Shown here: piece by piece, positions 57,154 to 64,000 of the stretch | How the letters are laid out: the number at the start of each line of letters is the position of its first letter | Position numbering within the stretch: position 1 is the first letter of the stretch | Source of the DNA: an uncultured virus (IMG/VR IMGVR_UViG_3300030390_001438) | Lineage: Duplodnaviria; Heunggongvirae; Uroviricota; Caudoviricetes; Crassvirales | Strand: one strand, 5' to 3' | Length of the DNA: 64,000 nt | Virus record (IMG/VR): IMGVR_UViG_3300030390_001438 | Program-made: the position numbers and the translations under genes | The notes under the pieces: generated by a model | Databases searched by the model: none | Told to the model about the DNA's origin: nothing | What the model saw: only the letters and a program-made list of their open reading frames with translations

Positions 57154-60100
57154 TTATTTTTCTAATTGATCTATTCTTGATTTTAAATCTTCTATCATTG
57201 CTTGTTGTTCCTTTACTGCATTTATTAGTACAGCAGTTAACTCTGAGTATGCTACTGACTTAAGTCCATCATCTTCGTTTTCTAAAATAAGTTCTGGTAA
57301 AACTGCTTCTACCTCTTGTGCTATAACACCAACTTTAGTAACCTCTGTATTGAAATCAGTTCTATTATAATAAACGCCTCGCATTGCTTGAACCTTACTA
57401 ATACAGTCATCTATTTCTACTACATTTTCTTTAATTCTTATATCAGAATTTTGTGTCAACGTACCGTTAATAGTCATGTTAGCAGTTGAAGGGAAGAATC
57501 TATATCTAATAGAACCTCCATCTCTCCAAAATACATTACCACAATTCATGTCAAAATAAGTGTCAATGTTATTTGTATGAAACCTAAAGTGATTAGCTGT
57601 TGCGTTATTTCCTAAATAGAAATCACCTACTCCAGAACTTGTTTTTACTAACGATGTTCCGTTTACATGAAATTTTGCTTGTGGTGTTACACCAATACCA
57701 CAATCTTGATTAATGATTGTAGCAAAATTACTTACAGTTATTCTGGAAGTTCCACCTGTAGCAAATTGCATATTATCACTACCACCTCTAAACATACCAG
57801 TGTTTGTATCACTTGTAAAAGATATAGATGGTTGAGAAGCACTTCCACTTGTATATCGACCACGACCTGCTACAATATTTCCTACCGCTTCAAGGTTTCC
57901 TTGTGATCTAATGTTTGTAGATACGTTTAATTCAGATCCATTAGCATCGAGTCTTACATCAAAATCAGATGTACCTGAGTTGTCCTTGTGAAAATCTATG
58001 TATCTACCTATTTCAGTTACAGCACCAACAATCGCTACTCCACCATTATGCCACGATCCACTTACTGGTTTTAATAGGCTAATAGTACCTGTACTTGTGA
58101 TTGTTCCACCTAATACAGGTGATGATGTAGCAATTGACGTAACTCCCGAAGAAGTTTTAAATCCTGCATCGTTATCCATGATACTTAAAGGTAGGTCTAC
58201 AAATTGTCCTTTTTTACTGTCACCACCTCCAGAAGAATCAGCTCCATACATGTAATAATCGTCACCATCAGGAGAGCTTCCGTTAGGAGCTGCCATAACT
58301 ATTGAATCACCACCTGTGTAATCCACATTCAATGTAACACTTCCACTTGAACCACCACCAGTTAATCCACTACCAGCATTTACTGCCGTAATATCTCCTA
58401 CATTAGTTGTAAAACCTCTGCCATTAGTAAGTTGATTGTTGTTAGTAATAGTACAGTTTAAAGTAACAGAACCAGAAGTACCACCACCTGACATCCCTGT
58501 CCCTGCAGTAACTGCTGTTATATCACCTGCATTAGTTGTATATCCTGAATTATTAGTCCATTGAGATATATTACCACCTTTGTTTGTAAATGTCTGAGAA
58601 TTTGAGGCTGTCGTTGTACCTGTGTTAGTTGTAAAACCTCTACCGTTAGTTAATTGAGTATTATTTGAAAGAGTACAATTTAATGTAACTGCTCCACTTG
58701 TACCTCCTCCAGACATATTTGTACCAGCAGCAACACTGGTTATATCACCTGAGTTATTTGAAAAAGGTAAGTTGCTTATTACAGATTTATATACATTACC
58801 AGTAGATGCGCTACTTACCATTAGTCTATCCGAACCAGATAATGTACCTGTAGCTTCAGTAGGTGATTGCAATATTATATTATCACTACCTAAGTAATCT
58901 ACACTTACTGTTGGCGTTCCACTCGATCCACCACCAGTTAATCCACTACCTGCAGTTATACCGTCTATATCTCCAGTTCCACCTGTTGATACAGCAGTAA
59001 CTCTACCATATGCATCTACAGAAATTGTATCAATTTTAGTTGAATTACTTGAAGAACCATAAGTACCCGATCCTATTCCACCAGTTGCCATATTAAGTGT
59101 AACTGCTCCACTTGAACCACCTCCAGTTAAATTTGTTCCTGCGCTAACACTGGTTATATCACCTACATTAGTTGTATATCCTGCGCCATTTGTAATAGCA
59201 TTGTTATTTAATGATATATTAGCAGTACCGTTAAATGATACACCAGCTATAGTTCTTGCTGTCTTTAGTTGTTCTGCATTTCTTGAAAGATCTACTCTAA
59301 CTCCATAAGTTAGAGATCCATTCCAACCCATTAATGTAGGGTAAGTTCCTGTCCAAGGAACTGATGGGTTAGTATTACTTACAGAAGTTCCTTGCGGAGA
59401 GGTGCCATTAGAAGCATCAAATATAGTATGGTTATTTCCATAATGTTTCCACATCATCTGACCAATAACAGAAGTATCTGTAACACCTTTGTAATTAGTT
59501 CTGCCTGTTGAAAATTTAGTTGCCGTAGCTGCATTACCACTTATACTACTCCCTGAAGTTATATAACCTGAATTATTTGACCATTGGCTTATATTACCTG
59601 ACTTATTTGTAAATGTCTGTGAGTTAGAAGCAGTTGTAGTACCAGTGTTAGTAGTAAAACCTCTTCCATTTGTTAATTGATTGTTATTAGTAATAGTACA
59701 ATTTAAAGTAACTGTTCCACTCGTTCCACCACCTGACATCCCTGTCCCTGCAGTAACACCAGTTATATCTCCAACGTTAGATGTAAATCCTGCGTCATTA
59801 CTAAATATACTTAAACCTATTTCACCCGCACGTTTTCTTCTTTCAGCACTACTATCTAATACTATGAACTCGTCATTAGTATTCATACCTGCTGTCATAT
59901 CTGTAAATTCAGATAAATCTAAAGTTAAAGCAATTGTTTTGGCAGATGATTGATTAAGAGTAAAACTGGTTGCTCCATCTAAACCTGTCCCTGTGGTTAT
60001 TGTTATCGTAGGATTATTAACAGTTGGTAATGATGCTGAAGTTATATATCCACTATTGTTATTCCACTGAGAAATGTTACCACTTTTATTAGTAAAGGTT

Positions 60101-62679
60101 TGAGTGTTTGATGGAGTAGTTGTACCTGTATTTGTAGTAAAACCTCTTCCGTTAGTTAACTGTGTGTTATTTGTTATTGTGTTGCTAATAGTAAGAGTAC
60201 CTCCACTTGAAGTAGAAGTTAGTTCTGTCTGTATACCTGCACCTTGAGCAAAAGTTACTGTTTCACCATTTGTTACTGTACTTGTCTCTGTACCATTACC
60301 TTCTTTAAGCGTCCAAGAAGACATACTTCCTACAGCTGTATTATCTACTTTTGTCCATGTTGTGTTAGCAAATACAGCCCAATCACCTATTTGCCAATCT
60401 GTAATACCGTTTAAGTTTGTACTACCTGCAACCGCTACTATATAATAATCTCCTGACGTACCTACATTACTTGCTAATGTTGGTGTGTTTGTACTTGCGT
60501 TCCATGTACCTTCAAATTGTAATACTCCAGTTAGAGCTGTATTAATAGCTGATTGTATTTGCGCTCCTGTTGCTAAGTTACCAGAAGATAAATTTACTGT
60601 GCCAGTTATTGGTGTTACAGTTGTAGTTGTACCACTACTTATGGACATTGTAGATAAATTACCTGAGTTTACTTGATTAACTTGTCCTGTAGATCCTGTA
60701 GATACACCAGTTACTCTACCATATGCGTCTACTATAATACTATCTATTTTAGTGCTATCGGATGAAGAACCATAAGATCCAGCTCCTACACCACCAGTTG
60801 CCATGTTAATAGTAATTGTTTCATTAATACCCTGATTAGTTGTAAAATTACCACCAGTAGTTAAATTTGTACCTGCAGCTATAGTTATAGTTGCGTTGTT
60901 TACTGTAGGTAAAGATGCTGACGTTATATAGCCAGAGTTATTAGTCCATTGAGATATATTACCACTTTTGTTTGTAAAGGTTTGTGTATTACTTGCAGTT
61001 GTTGTACCTGTGTTAGTTGTATATCCCGAATTATTTACAAATTGAGATATATTGTTACTTGCTAAACCTAATGTTACTGAACCAGATGTGCCTCCACCTG
61101 TTAATTTATTTCCTGCGACTACCGCAGTGATATCACCTTGAGGTACACCTGCAACAGCATTATCTACATATGTTTTATTTGCTGCGTCAGTTCCAGAACT
61201 TACTGTATCTACGCCGCGAATTCTTCCTGTGCCACCTAAAACCAATGCACCACCATTTATTAATAATGTTCCTGCAGTGTCTATAGACAATCTTTCATTA
61301 GGCTCGTCATTTACAAAAAAGTCTAATGTCTCACTGCTTGAATCAAATTTAATTGCAGCTCTTTGGGAAGTACCTGCTTGTGTATCAGTAAAAACAATTC
61401 CTGCTTGAGTTTCTGCTGTATTAGCAATTATTAAATTTTTTGTGTCTCCTGATATTGTAACATTGTCACTAAAAGTTTTAGCACCACCTATTGATTGTGT
61501 GCCTGAAGTTCTAACAACTGTACTATCTACTAATAATCCTGTAGATGATTGTGATAATCCATCACCAGCTCCTACAGTTAAAGTACCTGTTGAGGTTATT
61601 GTTCCTCCAGATATTCCATTTCCAGTTGCAACAGATGTTACACCTTGGGCGTCACCATTAGCTGATATAGACGTAACGTGTCCTGTAGCATTTACTGTTA
61701 CAGTAGCTCTTGCATATGAACCTGCAGTCACACCTGAATTAGCATGTGCAATTGTAACCGATCCACTTGATCCACCCCCAGTTATTGGAGATGTTGTAGA
61801 AACATTTGTTATATCACCTGCATTATTGGTAAAAGGTAAATTGCTTATTACAGATTTAAATACATTGCCAGTAGAATTACTACTTAACATTAATCTATCT
61901 GATGTAGATAACGTTCCAGTAGCTTCAGTCGGTGCATCTAAAATAATGTTATCACTACCTAAGTAGTCTACGTTTATTGTAGGTGTTCCACTTGATCCTC
62001 CTCCTGATAAACCTAAACCAGCAGTAATACCATCTATATCTCCTGTACCTCCTGTACTTATGGCGGTTATTCTACCATAAGCATCTACAGTTATATTATC
62101 TATTTTAACAGAGTTTGCTGTTGAGCCATAACTTCCAGCTCCAATACCTCCTGTGGCCATATTTAACGTAACACTACCTGAAGTACCTCCTCCTGTCAAA
62201 TTTGTACCAGCATTTACTGCTGTTATATCTCCAACATTAGTTGTAAATCCTGCGTCATTGTTAAATATACTTAACCCTATTTCGTTAGCTGCTTTTCTAC
62301 GTTCTGCACCAGAATCTAAAACTATAAATTCATCAGTTCCAATCATTGCAGCTGTCATATCTGTAAGTTCAGATAAATCTAACGTTATTGAAAATGATCC
62401 TGAAGTAGTAATAGTTCCACCCCCATCTAAACCTGTGCCTGTTGAAAGACCTACACTTGTTACAGTTCCTTGTGGATTACTAAATGAAGTGGTTAATGTT
62501 CCACCATCTTGTTGCGTAAGCGTAAGAGTTATCGTAGAACTACCAGAGTCACTAAAGCCTGTTATAGAATTAGCGTAGCCAGTATTCCACTGAGTCGAAT
62601 TACCACCAGGAGCTGTTATAACTCCTGTTGTGCTTAATGTGCCGTCTATTGACTGGTCTCTTAAAAATCTAATTGCCAT
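57154..62679 (-). CDS. Long tail fibre with C-terminal intramolecular chaperone (peptidase S74)
   Basis: G/T/S repeats; SDIRIKEN...GVIAQEVE.VLPE plus coiled coil. Confidence 0.85.
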   Translation of the reverse strand: MAIRFLRDQSIDGTLSTTGVITAPGGNSTQWNTGYANSITGFSDSGSSTITLTLTQQDGGTLTTSFSNPQGTVTSVGLSTGTGLDGGGTITTSGSFSITLDLSELTDMTAAMIGTDEFIVLDSGAERRKAANEIGLSIFNNDAGFTTNVGDITAVNAGTNLTGGGTSGSVTLNMATGGIGAGSYGSTANSVKIDNITVDAYGRITAISTGGTGDIDGITAGLGLSGGGSSGTPTINVDYLGSDNIILDAPTEATGTLSTSDRLMLSSNSTGNVFKSVISNLPFTNNAGDITNVSTTSPITGGGSSGSVTIAHANSGVTAGSYARATVTVNATGHVTSISANGDAQGVTSVATGNGISGGTITSTGTLTVGAGDGLSQSSTGLLVDSTVVRTSGTQSIGGAKTFSDNVTISGDTKNLIIANTAETQAGIVFTDTQAGTSQRAAIKFDSSSETLDFFVNDEPNERLSIDTAGTLLINGGALVLGGTGRIRGVDTVSSGTDAANKTYVDNAVAGVPQGDITAVVAGNKLTGGGTSGSVTLGLASNNISQFVNNSGYTTNTGTTTASNTQTFTNKSGNISQWTNNSGYITSASLPTVNNATITIAAGTNLTTGGNFTTNQGINETITINMATGGVGAGSYGSSSDSTKIDSIIVDAYGRVTGVSTGSTGQVNQVNSGNLSTMSISSGTTTTVTPITGTVNLSSGNLATGAQIQSAINTALTGVLQFEGTWNASTNTPTLASNVGTSGDYYIVAVAGSTNLNGITDWQIGDWAVFANTTWTKVDNTAVGSMSSWTLKEGNGTETSTVTNGETVTFAQGAGIQTELTSTSSGGTLTISNTITNNTQLTNGRGFTTNTGTTTPSNTQTFTNKSGNISQWNNNSGYITSASLPTVNNPTITITTGTGLDGATSFTLNQSSAKTIALTLDLSEFTDMTAGMNTNDEFIVLDSSAERRKRAGEIGLSIFSNDAGFTSNVGDITGVTAGTGMSGGGTSGTVTLNCTITNNNQLTNGRGFTTNTGTTTASNSQTFTNKSGNISQWSNNSGYITSGSSISGNAATATKFSTGRTNYKGVTDTSVIGQMMWKHYGNNHTIFDASNGTSPQGTSVSNTNPSVPWTGTYPTLMGWNGSLTYGVRVDLSRNAEQLKTARTIAGVSFNGTANISLNNNAITNGAGYTTNVGDITSVSAGTNLTGGGSSGAVTLNMATGGIGSGTYGSSSNSTKIDTISVDAYGRVTAVSTGGTGDIDGITAGSGLTGGGSSGTPTVSVDYLGSDNIILQSPTEATGTLSGSDRLMVSSASTGNVYKSVISNLPFSNNSGDITSVAAGTNMSGGGTSGAVTLNCTLSNNTQLTNGRGFTTNTGTTTASNSQTFTNKGGNISQWTNNSGYTTNAGDITAVTAGTGMSGGGTSGSVTLNCTITNNNQLTNGRGFTTNVGDITAVNAGSGLTGGGSSGSVTLNVDYTGGDSIVMAAPNGSSPDGDDYYMYGADSSGGGDSKKGQFVDLPLSIMDNDAGFKTSSGVTSIATSSPVLGGTITSTGTISLLKPVSGSWHNGGVAIVGAVTEIGRYIDFHKDNSGTSDFDVRLDANGSELNVSTNIRSQGNLEAVGNIVAGRGRYTSGSASQPSISFTSDTNTGMFRGGSDNMQFATGGTSRITVSNFATIINQDCGIGVTPQAKFHVNGTSLVKTSSGVGDFYLGNNATANHFRFHTNNIDTYFDMNCGNVFWRDGGSIRYRFFPSTANMTINGTLTQNSDIRIKENVVEIDDCISKVQAMRGVYYNRTDFNTEVTKVGVIAQEVEAVLPELILENEDDGLKSVAYSELTAVLINAVKEQQAMIEDLKSRIDQLEK

Positions 62680-62699
62680 AAGCTATTTAATTAAAATTA

Positions 62700-64000
62700 T
62701 TAAACAGTCTTACTAATCAATACTCTTACGTCATTAGTTGCTATAGGACTGTTTGTTGTTATTGTTATTTGTGATGTGCTATTTCTTACAACTTGAGCAT
62801 ATACTGTATCATATGTACTGTTATCATATAATTGAACTACTACATCTCTTGTTCCTAAATTATGTGTTACAACATAAGTTGTAGCAGATGCGTTACCAAT
62901 GTTAGTAGCAAACGTTAAATCTGAAGCTACACATGTTTCAACGGCTGCACAAAAATCTGTTACTTGAGATGCTACTATTGCAATGTTTTGCTCTGAAGCT
63001 GCTGTTGCAACACCAGTTTTATTAAAAGTAATTGACGCAGTTTTACCAGCCGTTCCAACCGCTCCTGCTACTCCTCGATCTACAAGTTGTACAAAACCAT
63101 TTGAAGTTGCAGTAAACGATCCATTATCAAATCCAGCAACACCTTTTACAGTTGCTCCGTCAGAAGCTCCTGCAGCAGCGATACTTTGTCCAGATTGTAC
63201 TACCGTATAATCCGATGCACTTGGCGTTGAACTTGCTGCTATTGCATTATTTGCAAATATTAAATCTCCAACTTCTAAAATTACTCCTAAGAACGTTGTA
63301 TTGTTTGAGTCTGTTACAGCAAAGTAATCACCTTGATCTAAAGCTACGTTACTTCCTCCAGTTAAAGCTGGACTATTTGTTATTGCGTTATATCCTCCTT
63401 GGAATATTCCAACACCAGCAGCTATTCCTTGTACCTGTGCTAAGTTAACACCATCTGTACCTGCAGTACCAGTTTTAACATTTAATAATTTATTGTTTCC
63501 AAAATCTACATCTCCTTCGGCATCACCAAATTGTTGTAGATGAACATCTTGAAGTAATATTTTTTGTTCTGAATTTAAAGAAGTAACAAAAGGTAGGAAA
63601 TCTCCTGCTCCCATTGCTGTTAATGTTCCTAATTCCTCTAAAGCTAAATTAACAGTAATAACTTGCGCTCCTGCAATACCTGTTGTAATACCAGTACCAC
63701 CAGCAATATCTACAACTTCACCATTTGTTACTGTTTGGTCTGTACCACTATCTGCACGTGCTGTCCAACTTGACATTGAACCAGTACCACCAGTATAAGC
63801 AACAGTTACTGTACCACTACCATTATTAGTAGTAGACATGTTTGCACCTGCAGCAATAGTTATTGTGTCAAGATTAGTAATATTTGAGTCACTACCACTT
63901 GTAGCCGCTAAAGTTATTCTGTTAAACGGTAAAGAGTTTGTAATAGTTATAGTGTCAGTAGCTGAAGCCGCTGTCGTTATACCAGTTCCTTGTAAAAAAG
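62700..64000 (-). CDS. Tail fibre-like protein, 3' part (5' truncated by window end)
   Basis: Frame stays open upstream of 63839 to the window edge. Confidence 0.75.
   Translation of the reverse strand, partial: FLQGTGITTAASATDTITITNSLPFNRITLAATSGSDSNITNLDTITIAAGANMSTTNNGSGTVTVAYTGGTGSMSSWTARADSGTDQTVTNGEVVDIAGGTGITTGIAGAQVITVNLALEELGTLTAMGAGDFLPFVTSLNSEQKILLQDVHLQQFGDAEGDVDFGNNKLLNVKTGTAGTDGVNLAQVQGIAAGVGIFQGGYNAITNSPALTGGSNVALDQGDYFAVTDSNNTTFLGVILEVGDLIFANNAIAASSTPSASDYTVVQSGQSIAAAGASDGATVKGVAGFDNGSFTATSNGFVQLVDRGVAGAVGTAGKTASITFNKTGVATAASEQNIAIVASQVTDFCAAVETCVASDLTFATNIGNASATTYVVTHNLGTRDVVVQLYDNSTYDTVYAQVVRNSTSQITITTNSPIATNDVRVLISKTV

Noticed and set aside
57154..62679. Diversity-generating retroelement or invertible cassette at the fibre
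   Set aside because: No reverse transcriptase or site-specific recombinase in the window; repeats are in-frame protein repeats.
1255..63448. Many + strand ORFs antisense to structural and basic-protein genes (e.g. 7856-8269, 38855-39181, 61442-61966)
   Set aside because: Shadow frames of well-supported - strand genes.
1..64000. Stop-codon reassignment
   Set aside because: Terminase, portal, capsid and primase are full length in the standard code.
1..64000. Prophage/lysogeny module
   Set aside because: No integrase, CI/Cro pair, att site or flanking host genes recognised.

Overview
The window is an almost complete, circularly permuted genome of an AT-rich tailed dsDNA phage with a podovirus-like layout. 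Repeated TAnnTTTG promoters point to a Bacteroidota (probably marine Flavobacteriia) host. The + strand block at ~12.9-26 kb holds small early genes and a replication/recombination module: DnaA C-terminal-like HTH, Sak3-like annealing protein, PD-(D/E)XK exonuclease, SSB, primase-helicase, SF2 helicase, VRR-NUC and a metallophosphoesterase. I recognise no DNA polymerase, RNA polymerase, integrase, tRNA or CRISPR. The - strand carries fibres, terminase, portal, scaffold, capsid, tail proteins, a GNAT plus three ejection-type proteins, GroEL/GroES and lysis genes. Main oddities: (1) ~20 tiny, very Lys/Arg-rich genes, 10 missing from the ORF track, including a duplicated three-gene cassette; (2) a membrane coiled-coil + secreted thioredoxin-fold + beta-barrel trio coupled to an endolysin; (3) a polarised CCGC(T) array at the early/late divergence; (4) two homologous inverted-repeat/AT-rich origin-like elements; (5) a ~75-aa domain reused in three structural proteins. 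All protein calls come from motifs and synteny read by eye; no searches were run.
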